Part shown: one piece after another, positions 49,568-61,170 of the stretch
Layout: each line of letters opens with the position of its first letter
Numbering within the stretch: the first letter of the stretch is position 1
From: Eukaryota sp. GEM-RC1
Lineage: Eukaryota
Length of the DNA: 64,000 nucleotides
Assembly: GCA_040285855.1 (NCBI GenBank)
Contig: JAUFOQ010000004.1
Location: 372,001-436,000 of the forward strand
Reading direction: 5' to 3'
Translations under genes and position numbers: made by a program
The notes under the pieces: model-generated
Told to the model about the DNA's origin: nothing
Seen by the model: the letters and a program-made list of their open reading frames with translations, nothing else
Databases searched by the model: none

Positions 49568-50713
49568 CAGGAGTGTGTATTATCGATATCTTTTATTTAT
49601 CTTTTTGTTAGGCAACTTCGATAAATATATGGTCAGGAAATTTATCTTATTTATTTATCGACTATTGCACCATGAATCGATAAATATATCTTCGATAATT
49701 GAGTAACATACAATAACAAAATGAAAGATATCTTTATTAATCAAACTACGTTTACTATGTTTAACGCATTTCCAAGCACCCTGCGTATCTCTGAGCTCAG
49801 CTTTTGGTGGGGTTGGGCAGAATTAACTAGCATAAAGTAGAAGTTTCCAACCTTGGCATAACGTATAGCCTCAAGGTCTTTTTTGAACAACTCATGGGTC
49901 ATGATGGAATTGTGCAGCAGCAAACAATTTCTCCAACATCATTTATCAGCACTTACTACATTTTTGAATACACCGATTGCCTTAATTATTCTCACTAGAA
50001 AACAGTCTCAGTGAGACTAATTCCGATATGAGAGTTTCAATTTTGACCTTCCAGAAATGTACTACTTTGGTTGTTTTAACGAGAAAGGAGTAACAAAGAT
50101 ACATTTGATTGAAAGAGCGTTTATAGTCAGAAGAACTTTTATACTGATAAGATCAACTTCAAAACCCTACTTGAAAATATGAACACTCTAAATCATTTGT
50201 TCTAGTTTCATCTGTAGCTTTAAGGCCCAGAGCATCTTCCAAGAGCCAACTGGAGAAGGTACTGTAGTTTGTCATGAATAAAAGTTGACCATTGATCTTC
50301 AAGAAATTGTGACTAAACACAAATGGATCAAGGGCAGAGTTTATTTGTTAAAGAGATTAGTATCTTAAATTAGAGAGACGGTTTTTCAAAAAATGATGTC
50401 ATGGATGTATGTATTTAGTGAGACTGGTACAAGTGCGAAAAAATTAGCAACTACTCTCACTAGAAATTAGTCTCAGTGAGACTCATACCGATAGGTGACC
50501 AGTGAAAGTGACGTGTTTCAGCGAAATCACTCAATGAAATCAGAAAAATGGTCTATTTTGTTTCCAAAAATTATCTCTATTTATCACAATATATCGGAAT
50601 ATTGTTGGAGACCGTCGATAAATAAATATATTTCAGAATTGTTGGCTCGATAAGATATCGATAAGTAGATATATGGTTATCGAACAATAAGATTTTATCG
50701 ACACACACTCCTG
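49568..50713. mobile_element. hAT-type non-autonomous element (family B), 1146 bp
   Basis: TIR caggagtgtgt / acacactcctg. 8-bp TSD ctctgttt at 49560-49567 and 50714-50721. Many subterminal tatcga/tcgata motifs. Confidence 0.9.
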
Positions 50714-50780
50714 CTCTGTTTTGTATTAAATATTCTACAGAGGTCTATGAAAATGACAAATTTTAACCTTAAACTAACAT

Positions 50781-50880
50781 CTATGAAACACTAGACGTCG
50801 AAAACAGCTGATCAACAGACCACAGTTCTATTACAACATAGTGACAATTGACTCTATCAATTTGGGCATCGAACAGAAGT
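50781..50880 (-). mobile_element. Short 3' remnant of the same RLE retrotransposon family as 26760-27130
   Basis: Shared ctatgaaacacta, tcaacag-accacagttct and ggcatcgaac; minus frame SMPKLIESIVT. Confidence 0.5.
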
Positions 50881-51034
50881 ATAAGCTAAATGCTACACTA
50901 AAGAATATGGTCCTTTTAAAAATTGAACATCAACAGTAAAGACAATAGCCTCTTCACATATATGTTGAGGATAATGTGTCCCTGTTCAATAACTTGATTG
51001 AATTGAACTTATTGAATTTGTGAAATTCAAAAAT

Positions 51035-51116
51035 CGCAACCAGTGAGATTTGAACTCACGCGGGAAGATCCCACTTGTTTTCTAGACAAGCGCCATAACC
51101 ACTCGGCCATAGTTGC
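51035..51116 (-). tRNA. tRNA-Ser(AGA)
   Basis: GCAACTA acceptor stem, TGGCCGAGTGG A-box, CTTGT-CTAGAAA-ACAAG anticodon arm, long variable arm, GTTCAAATC T-loop, G discriminator, followed by a T-run. Confidence 0.95.
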
Positions 51117-51191
51117 TGATGACTTTGTTAGGCAGAATCCATCTCAATTTCCTCAACAAATACGATTTTTGATTTTTTAAGGCATTATGGC

Positions 51192-51744
51192 CAGGCTTCA
51201 CTAAAGCAGTCCAAAATTCAAAATTAAAGTAAAGTAAAGTAATCTACTTTACTTTAAGCTTTACTTTACTTCAGCTAAAAAGTTACCTTAAGGTCAATAA
51301 TGTTTGACCTGATCTCAATCCTCTTTTCACAACTTTCTCTCTTGAGTTTTTCTTATTCAGTTTCGCTTCCCATATACACATGACTTCACTCAACACCGAA
51401 CAACGGATACCAGTAGGTAATGGGTCGAAAGTTATCCAAAACTGAAGAGACATCAGATACTGATTGATGTATTGAAGTGACCTGAAGTGACCTGACGTTT
51501 GAATAATGGATCTTGGTTGAATAAGTTTCTGTTAGAAACAATTTTACATCGTTTTTTGTTTTGCGTTTTTGTTGGGTTCCTAAGATAGACCATGTTATAC
51601 TGGTATAAAAGAGTCATTTACAGTGCTCTGAAGGCAAACTAAACAAGTTTGAGGTCTGTAACTTTACCTTTTCAAAAATTTAAAGTAAAGTAAAATAAAG
51701 TAAAGTAAAGTCACTTTAGCACTTTACTACTTTAGTGAAGCCTG
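51192..51744. mobile_element. hAT-type MITE (family C)
   Basis: 19-bp TIR caggcttcactaaagYagt. 8-bp TSD attatggc at 51184-51191 and 51745-51752. Subterminal taaag/cttta arrays. Confidence 0.93.
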
Positions 51745-53174
51745 ATTATGGCTCAAATTTCGCTTATTCAGATATTTTGCTTAAATTAGTGTAAACTCCA
51801 AAAACACCACCATTAGATGGAAGTGATTACATTCCTCTGATTGTCTATGGCTGTCACGAATTACTCATCAATTAAACAAATAAGTCTAATTGTTGTGGAA
51901 ACGCTCTTTCTTGTTGGTGGTTATGTTCGAATTAACCAAATGCATTCTAGTTTGATGATGTAATCCATGGAACGATTCTACTTCCCTGTTTTGTTCTGGA
52001 AACAATCTTCGTGAATTTGTCTCGACAACCTAAACTTTCTAACCGACATTGAATAATCCCAAAATAATAATTAGAGTCATTATGAGTGTAGTTATTAGGA
52101 ATATTAATTGGTTCAGTAGGAAATGATTCGATTGGAATCTTACTTAGTTTTGCTGAGTTGCAACATATATATTAATTATCGAACTTGCACACTAGTGTAA
52201 GGGACCAAATAAATACTATGTACAAATCCTAAAATTTTGTTCAATCATTGGAAGTGAATGATTGTAATCAAGAAAGGCAAAATCAACTTCTTGGTAAAAT
52301 GAGAGCAAATTTTGTTGTCCCTTCTGCTCCAGACGAATTGTAAGCCCTCTATGTTGTGTCTGTGTAGTTTTCTAGAAAGACATTCTTAAAGAATTCGAGT
52401 CCTTATTTCAAACTTCCCCTTCAGCTATTTCTGCACATATGCATATGCAACATGTAAAACATGTTGCAAGTGAATTATGTCCTTTTGATGTATCAATTGG
52501 TCACGGTCGTTTCGGAAGAAGTCTATTACAGTATTAAAAAAAATTTGGAAAAATATGAACAACCACTATGATTGTATACGATCGTTTAATTGTACAGTTT
52601 ACACTCTTTTCCAATAATTAAAAAACCCAATCGATCTCCAATAATTGACATAATCAATGAATATCAATCTCCAGTAATCGACACCTAATCGATCTCCAAT
52701 AATCGGCTCCAATGCTTCACTAGCAAGATCGTTCTATGAGGATAAGGATGTGGCAAATTTTGACTGTGATGTGTGTTGTTTTAATGATATCAATTTTTAG
52801 TTATTACTCTTATCCATTTAAAACACACACTACAAATAAATTCAATTTTGATTTAGTAAGATTCTAGTCTCAACAAAAGCGTAACTAGTAATAGGTTGTA
52901 CTTCTGTCTTTGAAGAGAACACCGTAAAATATAAAAGGAATGCCCTTCAAACCTTTAATAGACATATGTTCATAACAGACATTCTGCTTTCGAATATCAA
53001 ACTAGACACGAAGAAAAGTTTCATCATTCATTTTTAGGTAATATACTAGTAGTGAGATAAACAAAAGTAGCAATGATTTCCATACTAATACCTCTTAAGT
53101 AATTCTCTCAGACAAATCCTTGGAACTATCTTCCAAGTATCATCCTAATAGAGTCCTTCAAAGGAAGTTTAAGA

Positions 53175-55826
53175 TTACCTCTGAGGACAAGTTCTTCTAT
53201 TATGACCAATTACAGAACAAATACCGCACTTTCTTCCCACACCTTCTTCAGTTTCCACTTCAATCTGTTGAGTAGGTCTAGTTTGAGTTGATATCTTCAG
53301 TCTACCAGAGGCAGTCTTTGGTAGTTTTGGAAGAGTGGTGGCACTAGAGGTTGGACAGGGATTAAAGCTAGGGTTGTGTTGTTTAATGAAGAGAAGAAAA
53401 CCAAAGGAGTCACACGTGTTTGTACAGACGTTACGGTCAAAAACAGAAACAACGCAATGATCAGGACTATTACATTGTGAGCACGCCGAAACAATTGAAA
53501 AATCAGATGGAATTTGTAAAAATTGTCGACATTTTGGAAAATTCGAACATCCAATAAAAGTTTTGGTCTGATCTTTTTTAGCTTTTCGTAATTTCCAATG
53601 CCCATCTTTACAAACTGGACAAGGATAAATATTTAATTTGTCTCTGTTTTTCTGAGCAAGAACACATTCATATTTAGTACAAGACCAACAGTTAACAAAC
53701 TGCTGATAACCAGAACCAAAGTGACATCCAACACAGAAAGGAACAACAAAACCCTGTTTAACTTCAACTTCAACAACAAAGGACTGACAATGAGGACATT
53801 GACTCAGAGGTTCTTTAGGTACAACTTTCTTGTCAGACGAAGCAAAAAAAGGTAGAGTTGTAGAGAAATCACATGAATTACATTGCAAAACATAGTCATC
53901 TTGAGAGGTTGCTAGACTTAGAGTCTGACCACACTTACATGGAATGAAATTAGGGTTCAGGACATGGGAAACAGTGACAGTTTCTACTGAATTCATAGTT
54001 CTACTGAAAACTGACTTAAATGGTCTAATTGAAGCCTCTAAAACATCAAATGAATCTCTAAAAGCAGTAATTCCTCTTTCAATAGCCTGGTTTTTAGTTA
54101 GATTTCCTCGAGCTACATTAGCTATATCACTTTCCATATCAGACCTAATAGAAGTATCACAAATAGCCAAACCAACCGATTCAAAAGCTGATATCAGGGC
54201 AATTCCAACTGTGGTAGGAATAAGTGTACTAGTTCGAGGTTTACGGGTGACGTATTTCCTATCAATGTTAGTTTCAATATGGGAGGCCATTGTTGCATCA
54301 GTACCAATTGAAAATCTTTCCATTTTTTCAATTAAGGTCGACTCTGATATCAGTGGAGGTGGCTTAGTTTGATCTTCTGTCAAATTAACAGAGTTTACCT
54401 CATATAAATCATTCAACCTCAAGTTTACATCATTAGACTGCTTGTGTTGAGGCCATTTAGTCCAGGGAAGTGCTATAATCCACCCAGATTGAGTAATAGT
54501 AGCAGAAGTAAAGTGAAACTCATGACCAGCTAAATGAAAAACATGTTGCTTCTGGACCGCGCTGGCAGTGGGTAAGAATATTGCGATAAACCTACGGATT
54601 ATATACTCCAGGACAAGAATATGACGTGATGAGAGTGAGTAGTAATCAGACATTTTGAGCCCTTTGGCTGGCATGATTGGATCGTGAGCTTCATCTGATT
54701 TTCGACCTGACTTTGGAGTTGGAATAGAGTTGAGATCAATCGAGCTCATGACTGAACTTAGAGTGGGATTGTCATTTGCACGGACAACTTTACCTAAAAT
54801 ATCTTTAGCACTGGAAATATTTGAAATTTTGTTAGTTTCAGTTCTAGGGTACGTGATTAATCCTTTTAGATACAGTTTCTCAGCAATATCTAAGGTGTCC
54901 TTAGCAGATATTCTATACTGACTTGACATTGACTTTTGCAAATCTACAGTAGTTAGAGGTAAAGGTGGTACTTTTTCCAAAGAATTAGTATGAATTGCAG
55001 TTAAAGTTGCTCCGTATAACGATTGATCAATGCACTGTTGAACAATTCCTAAAGCTTCATTCTTGTCAAAAACTCTAGTTTCACTCCAAGTAAGAGTAAT
55101 TCCATTACCTAATCGGACATCAACTCCCCAAAAAGGCTGGGGTATGAAGTGTTTGTTGGAATTGAAAGCATCAACTATTATTTTCAATGTTGGAGTTTGA
55201 CAAGGTCCAAATGAACACGTTTTAAGTTGAGAAAATGAGAGAAAAGGCTTGAGTGAAATAGTTAGATATCTCGTAAAAGCACAACCAACACGATAGTCAA
55301 GTTCTTGTCGTACAGCAACCGCATCAATATCTCCCTGGTTAAGAGTTCCTGGGTTAGAGAAGGCTGTGTGGATGGCAGAAGCTGTGAGAGAGGAGAAACG
55401 AGGACGGGTGACAGTAAGGCGAGGATTAACCTTACAGCAGACAGTAGCAATGGAGTTGCCAATGGCTTCTCCTTCTCTATCTGCATCAGTAGCAATAACT
55501 AAGACTTGGGCTGATTTAGCTTCTTTCTCAAGAGTGCGAGCTATGTTCTTAGAGGATTTGGCAATGTGGTGGTTAAGACGTACAGAGAACAAAGATCGGG
55601 GATCGACAGAGCTCCAATTACTGTACTCATCGGGAAAGGATACATCGAATATGTGACCTGAAACAGACGTGACTTTCCAATCAGATTGACCATTGATGTT
55701 TGCAGAAAAGGCAAAAACCTTATTGTATTTGGAGTATCCCTCATGGACGGTAAACGTATTTTGTGACAGTATAGTGGTGATGGAACGAGCTGCTGAAGGC
55801 TTCTCAGCTACACAAAGGATACGCAT
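53175..55826 (-). CDS. TOP3A: DNA topoisomerase III (type IA, alpha-like) with C-terminal zinc ribbons and CCHC knuckle
   Basis: MRILCVAEKPS, TSVSGH, ATDADREGEAI, SFGPCQTPTL, GLITYPRTET, DEAHDPI, IGTDATMASHI; C-terminal CGICSVIGHNRRTCP. Confidence 0.92.
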   Translation of the reverse strand: MRILCVAEKPSAARSITTILSQNTFTVHEGYSKYNKVFAFSANINGQSDWKVTSVSGHIFDVSFPDEYSNWSSVDPRSLFSVRLNHHIAKSSKNIARTLEKEAKSAQVLVIATDADREGEAIGNSIATVCCKVNPRLTVTRPRFSSLTASAIHTAFSNPGTLNQGDIDAVAVRQELDYRVGCAFTRYLTISLKPFLSFSQLKTCSFGPCQTPTLKIIVDAFNSNKHFIPQPFWGVDVRLGNGITLTWSETRVFDKNEALGIVQQCIDQSLYGATLTAIHTNSLEKVPPLPLTTVDLQKSMSSQYRISAKDTLDIAEKLYLKGLITYPRTETNKISNISSAKDILGKVVRANDNPTLSSVMSSIDLNSIPTPKSGRKSDEAHDPIMPAKGLKMSDYYSLSSRHILVLEYIIRRFIAIFLPTASAVQKQHVFHLAGHEFHFTSATITQSGWIIALPWTKWPQHKQSNDVNLRLNDLYEVNSVNLTEDQTKPPPLISESTLIEKMERFSIGTDATMASHIETNIDRKYVTRKPRTSTLIPTTVGIALISAFESVGLAICDTSIRSDMESDIANVARGNLTKNQAIERGITAFRDSFDVLEASIRPFKSVFSRTMNSVETVTVSHVLNPNFIPCKCGQTLSLATSQDDYVLQCNSCDFSTTLPFFASSDKKVVPKEPLSQCPHCQSFVVEVEVKQGFVVPFCVGCHFGSGYQQFVNCWSCTKYECVLAQKNRDKLNIYPCPVCKDGHWKLRKAKKDQTKTFIGCSNFPKCRQFLQIPSDFSIVSACSQCNSPDHCVVSVFDRNVCTNTCDSFGFLLFIKQHNPSFNPCPTSSATTLPKLPKTASGRLKISTQTRPTQQIEVETEEGVGRKCGICSVIGHNRRTCPQR

Positions 55827-55955
55827 AGCATTGGTGCAGGGAAATTGCAATTGTCTGCACTTTTCCAACGTCCTTATGTTAGGACTAATTCTTTCTTCAA
55901 ACAACTACTTGTCATCCCTTTTCTCAAATGAAGTATCTCGCAGAATGGTTGCTCT

Positions 55956-56660
55956 ATGCCATTCTGTTGTTTCCTGGGGCAAGACTTACACCCATCCACT
56001 CCAAACGAACTTCGAACTGCTCGTTCCACTCTTCGAAGTGCATGTGAACGTTCCCTTTCACGAGGAAACTGTACTATTGTAAATAAGTTGTTGGGTAGTC
56101 GCTCTCTTCGATATGAGCTCCAAATGTCTTCAAAGAACTACAATGTTCCCTTTGCAGTATTATTTATCAAACTTAGTCACGGAGATTCTGAATTAGATCC
56201 CATTGATGAACCTTCCCTTTTAGGTAAGTGGGAGACACCAGTGTTTAGGATTGATGGAGATTCTTTAGTTGAGGATGATGACGTGGTGCAATTGGCTCAG
56301 GTAGATTCATTCTGTAACCATCTTTTAGGTAGAGTTTCCACCAATTCAAATGTTGAAGTATCTTGTGTAAATCTTCCAAGTGAGAATTGCAAAGATATGG
56401 ATTTACTCACAAAACAGACTATTAATTCAGTTAAACAACGTCTCATGTCTCGGCTTCCTATACTACCAGGTGATTTCATTGCTGACGGGGGAATACAGAT
56501 AAGTGCTCCAACAGGAATCACGATTACCTCAGCACATTTACACTATTTAACTAATGTGTTTTGGACGTCGATATCTAACATACCAACTAACAATGAAGAA
56601 TTAAACCAAACAGTGACAGACTATTTGGTTTTTATTCAGAATAAATGTCAAGATCTTTAA
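55956..56660 (+). CDS. Kti12-like protein, divergent
   Basis: ARSTLRSACERSLS..TIVN...LRYEL and IDEPS..GKWETPVF resemble Kti12; no in-frame P-loop. Confidence 0.6.
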   Translation: MPFCCFLGQDLHPSTPNELRTARSTLRSACERSLSRGNCTIVNKLLGSRSLRYELQMSSKNYNVPFAVLFIKLSHGDSELDPIDEPSLLGKWETPVFRIDGDSLVEDDDVVQLAQVDSFCNHLLGRVSTNSNVEVSCVNLPSENCKDMDLLTKQTINSVKQRLMSRLPILPGDFIADGGIQISAPTGITITSAHLHYLTNVFWTSISNIPTNNEELNQTVTDYLVFIQNKCQDL

Positions 56661-56808
56661 TTACATTAATTACTAATATGTAAGCAACAAATACGGCACG
56701 GATGTACTATGTCAGTACAATTGCGTCCCATACTAGTAGTCACGACTAGTAAATAATACAAATTTTTATTCACTAATTCTACATGATAAACAAAGATGAA
56801 AGCAAGCT

Positions 56809-57325
56809 CTACTGGAAGGTCCAGAAGTCGGTCACTCTTGGGGAACGTGACACAGATCCTCCAGGACTAGCTTTAAGAGGACTATGGGCTGAGTATTTTG
56901 AGGGTCCAGGAGAACATCCAGGTTTATGGAAATGCTTCATGCGATCATCCTTTGGGAATGCGTAATTGCGGGTTGGAGAAGGTGGCGTAACGTTATACTT
57001 GGGGCCTAGGATGAGATAGGACGTCAAACAACAAACCCGGGGACCGCTGTGAGCGTTCAATCATTCGCAGTCTCAAATCCTCTGCACTCAAGGGAGAACG
57101 AGGGGTAAGGGGGGAGCTAGGAGTTTTGGGGGCTGTAGAAGACCCAGGACGAGATCGTGGAGAAGGAGTACCCATAGAACTGCGAGGTCTGGGGGAGAGT
57201 TGCTTCGTATCGATAGAGATTTTACGGGCAGGGCTTTGAACGGGAGTTTCAAGATTGAGGGAGCCAGTGCCAGATTTGGCAACAAGATCCGAAAATTGCC
57301 CGTACATATTGGAGTCGTTATTCAT
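56809..57325 (-). CDS. Ser/Pro-rich hypothetical protein with a SHIPPO-like PGP motif (frameshift near 57003)
   Basis: Two overlapping ORFs with similar SP-rich composition; YAFPKDDR...SPGPSKY. Confidence 0.5.
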
Positions 57326-57409
57326 CTAGACTAGTTGTGAAGTAGAGTGGAGAGGTTTTGTACTTGAATGCAATTTCACTTCATTGCCAGTAGTACTAGT
57401 ACATCACAC

Positions 57410-57895
57410 CAGTGTTCGAAGACACGCGTGGACACGTTTGGACACGCAGACACGGTGTCTTTTGAAAAACACGCAAAAAGACACCGCGTGTGTACGTGTT
57501 TTTCTGCAAAAAACCTAGAAAACTTCGAAAGTACCCTTTTATTTCCCTCAATACTGTTCGACTTGAGTGTTTTTCTATATGTTATACCACAATAGACTGC
57601 AATGCCAACAGAAAAGTGGCCAAAATACTGACATGATGCGTTGTCAAACAAACCTAGAACACAATTCAACTCAACAGAACCACAGAATCCAAGATTTAGT
57701 GATGGGATGTCAGATAAAGGCAAGAATTGGCCCAAAAGAATGTTTTGATAGTCAAACTCTGTATAGTTGATGAGAAATTTTTTTCGAAAAAACACGCAAA
57801 AACACCCAAAAGACACATCAAAGACACCGTGTGGACACGCGTGTTAACACCGACACGGTGTCTTTTAAAAAACACGTGGGAAATTTCGAACACTG
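57410..57895. mobile_element. hAT-type MITE (family D)
   Basis: TIR cagtgttcgaa / ttcgaacactg. 8-bp TSD catcacac at 57402-57409 and 57896-57903. Subterminal gacacg/aacacg repeats. Confidence 0.93.
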
Positions 57896-58009
57896 CATCA
57901 CACCCACATTTGCATACATTGTATGGCTTTATGGCACATCATAAATGATTGCTCGCTGCTAATAGACTTTCAAAATATAGTGAGTCATAAATGTTTATTC
58001 GACAAATGT

Positions 58010-58320
58010 TACCCTACTCATTTACTTCGACTTCTATCCACGATCTGTTTCATCTGCTTCTTTCTAGTATTATCTAATTGTGATTAGATGATATTGAAGA
58101 ATTAAATGGAAAATCATGTTCCAAATTTGTGGTACAATCTTTTGTTACTTCTCTCTTCGGATCGATTCGTCTTGCAGGAAAACAATTTATCACGGTTTTT
58201 GAAGAGCTCTTTAAAGATAAAGTAAGTTTAGTGTAAGTTTAGATAGTCTGAATGGAAAAACGTACTGTGTTTTCCATTTATCGGAGTATGCCTTTCTATT
58301 TCTCTCGATTAGTTGAAAAA
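58010..58320 (+). mobile_element. Degenerate RLE retrotransposon 3' remnant
   Basis: FVTSLFGSIRLAGKQF and SIYRSMP parallel the other remnants. Confidence 0.45.
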
Positions 58321-59195
58321 CTACAGAGTAAGAAACCTATAGAGTTCCATATAGAGTGTGGAAACACTTATTCTGAGTTCTTCATCACCCACTTCTTTAA
58401 TGTCATTCGAGTCCTTAGAAACTGAATACGACAAACTTATAGAACTTCTTACCAATGTGAGTGCTCCATCAGGAAATATTCCAGATTCATCTTCTCCTGA
58501 ATTCCTTCAAATTCTAAACCAAATCATATTGTGATCATATTCTATTCTTGCTTAAAACTCTTATTGTGATAATCGTTAAAGAAATTTGTTAAGAGTACAG
58601 ATTTAAGATCATAAAAATTGAAAAGTAAGTGTTAAATTAACGTAATACAACCTGCTAGTACTTAAAATGACAGATCCTTGTTCTTAAGTAGATTGTTCGA
58701 ACAACAAACTTCATCCACTATACACACTGTTCTTATTGAGAATAGATAACTGGCAAGAGACACTTCTACATCAGAATTGGGTATTTTTTTCATCCTTTAT
58801 GAAATCATATAGGTATCGAGAAAGACTTGATGTGAATGATAGCTATTGTCGTATCATTAAGAATTGGGTAATAGAGGATAGTTTTGTTGACATGTAAGTC
58901 ACTAAACTCATTACAGAAATTCTAGGATAAAACTCACCTAAAACAGTAATGGAAGAAAATTTACGGAATTTTATTATATGCACTATCGGTATGTACCATA
59001 CAAGGGCCAATTATTTGATACATGTACTTGTGTTGTACACTGAACTTTTTAACCCATCAACAAAGAATTCCAATTCAACAAATCTGACCTTGTTTTCAGT
59101 AAATACTAAAGTCATCAGTCCCAGTGTATTTCAATTAAAGAAAGAATTAGGACCAATTAAAACTGTACAGCGAATACCATCAATTCAACTAATCA

Positions 59196-59909
59196 CTACG
59201 ATACAAAAACAGTGTACATCAGAGTTTCTCCAACTCCTGAAACTAGAACATTTTCAACTAAATGATTGCTCACCTCAACTTGATCTGCATCAAAGCCCTC
59301 AAAAAGAGCATGAAAGTATCCATATTCGTCACTTTTCCCTATCAGTACACCTCCAGTCGACACATCTACATCAGCAACATGAGAATGATCATCACTTCTT
59401 ATAACAAATCCTCTCACCGTGGAATTATAGCTCTGCAAACCAAACGAAGTCCATTCATGGTCCCGTGGCAGATCTCGATCAATGACCAAGAAACGGCTGG
59501 TTGAAAAGAACTCCGGGTGTATCACTGTAAGGTTGTAGAGGGCTCTGGGAAGTTCAGATAGTCGGAAGAAGCCATTAGGAGAGGAAACTGATGTGAATGA
59601 CTTTGAATCCGAGGATAAAATAATTGATGCATCAACTACCGGGGTATTGTCAAGAATGTTAAAGATAGTTCCTCTTACGACATAGATAGAGGAATAGTAT
59701 TGTACAAAAAGAAGTGCTAGAATTGCTGAAAGTAGCAAAACAATAAGAATCGAACTGAAGCAAGAAAGAGAGAAGTAGCGTATTTTTTGCCGTGTTTTGG
59801 TTGGAGATCGGTGATGTTCCATGTGTACTGAGGAATCCGAACTAAGTTCAAGTCCTTGTTCTTCGGCAATGTTTTTCAACAGATCTATAACATTGGAATG
59901 TGATGACAT
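59196..59909 (-). CDS. Type II membrane protein with carboxypeptidase-regulatory-like beta-sandwich
   Basis: TM helix ILIVLLLSAILALLFV, then VRGTIFN...PVVDASI...SSPNGFFRLSELPRALYNLTVIHPEF. Confidence 0.65.
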   Translation of the reverse strand: MSSHSNVIDLLKNIAEEQGLELSSDSSVHMEHHRSPTKTRQKIRYFSLSCFSSILIVLLLSAILALLFVQYYSSIYVVRGTIFNILDNTPVVDASIILSSDSKSFTSVSSPNGFFRLSELPRALYNLTVIHPEFFSTSRFLVIDRDLPRDHEWTSFGLQSYNSTVRGFVIRSDDHSHVADVDVSTGGVLIGKSDEYGYFHALFEGFDADQVEVSNHLVENVLVSGVGETLMYTVFVS

Positions 59910-59952
59910 TGGAAAAATTCCTTGAATTTTCCTTCTTCACAAACAACTTCTC

Positions 59953-61170
59953 ATGGCTAAAATACGGAAAAAGCAATTGTCTTCAGTTGTTCTACAACAA
60001 GAAAAACAGGCAGGTGACCTTCTTAAAGACTTTGGAACCCTTGAAGATTCAGATTCTCTTATTTCCCTGCAACAACACTTCCAACCCCGTCCTGAATCTC
60101 CATCTGATGCCGGTGAAAAACGTCTAGCCCTTACTTCCTCCCCTTCACATCAACCATCTGACATGGAACAATCATCAGACAGCGACTCAGACTCAGAAGA
60201 TGAAGAAAAAGGTCTCGGTACCATCAAATCTGGTACCAATCTGGAATCTCTTTCTAAGAAACAACGCAAAGTCCTTGCCAGACCCTCTCCAGCTCAACTT
60301 AAGATGAAAGTGGACAGGGCTGACCTTGTTGAATTCTGGGACACCACGGCTCCTGATCCTGTTCTCCTAGTCTCTCTCAAATCAGTAAGAAACTCAGTCC
60401 CTGTCCCCAGACATTGGTCAGAGAAGAAGAAGTTTCTGCAGGGAAAGAGAGGAATAGAGAAGCTCCCCTTTATGATTCCAAAGTACATTACTGAAACTGG
60501 AGTGGTTGGTTTAAGAGAAGCTACTCTAAAGGAGTTTGAGAAAGGTCTCAAGACTAGGATGAAGCAGAGGCTGGATCCCAAGACTCACAGGTTTGAGGTG
60601 GATTACGAAGTGTTACACGATGCCTTCTTTAAGTATCAGACTAAGCCTACTTTGTCTTCTTTTGGAGAGCTTTATTATGAAGGGAAGGAGTATGAAGTGC
60701 ATTTGTTGAAGTGTAAGCCAGGGAAGTTGTCAACTAGGTTACGAAGAGCATTGGGTATTGCTCCAAATGGACCACCACCGTGGCTTGTCAATCAACAACG
60801 TCACGGACCTCCACCTTCCTATCCTCTATTAAAAATACCCGGGTTAAACGCCCCTATACCCCCGGGTGCCAAGTACGGATATCATCCTTCTGGTTGGGGT
60901 AAAATACCAGTTGATATTAATGGAAGAGGTTTATATGGAGATGTTTTTGCTGAACAAGTTGAGGAAGAAGAAGTTCAAGAAAAGAAGTTGTGGGGTTCCT
61001 TCCAGTTTAGTGAGGGATCTTTGGTTTCAGAGACTTTGGAGGCTGCTGGGACTATCACTGTACAGACAATTAGGGAGAAACAGGAGGAAGAGAAGATGAT
61101 GGGGGAGTTGGTAGAAGGGGTTGAGTATGAAACCCCTGGGAGACACGGTGGAGTGATTGATATGACGTGA
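59953..61170 (+). CDS. SF3B2: Splicing factor 3B subunit 2 (SAP145/Cus1)
   Basis: DTTAPDP..LVSLKSVRNSVPVPRHW..K..LQGKRGIEK, DYEVLHDAFFKYQTKP, PPPWL..QQRHGPPPSYP.LKIPGLNAPIP. Confidence 0.96.
   Translation: MAKIRKKQLSSVVLQQEKQAGDLLKDFGTLEDSDSLISLQQHFQPRPESPSDAGEKRLALTSSPSHQPSDMEQSSDSDSDSEDEEKGLGTIKSGTNLESLSKKQRKVLARPSPAQLKMKVDRADLVEFWDTTAPDPVLLVSLKSVRNSVPVPRHWSEKKKFLQGKRGIEKLPFMIPKYITETGVVGLREATLKEFEKGLKTRMKQRLDPKTHRFEVDYEVLHDAFFKYQTKPTLSSFGELYYEGKEYEVHLLKCKPGKLSTRLRRALGIAPNGPPPWLVNQQRHGPPPSYPLLKIPGLNAPIPPGAKYGYHPSGWGKIPVDINGRGLYGDVFAEQVEEEEVQEKKLWGSFQFSEGSLVSETLEAAGTITVQTIREKQEEEKMMGELVEGVEYETPGRHGGVIDMT

Noticed and set aside
52628..52715. Degenerate tandem repeat (aatcgatctccaataat)
   Set aside because: Short and low-complexity, with no structure supporting a function.
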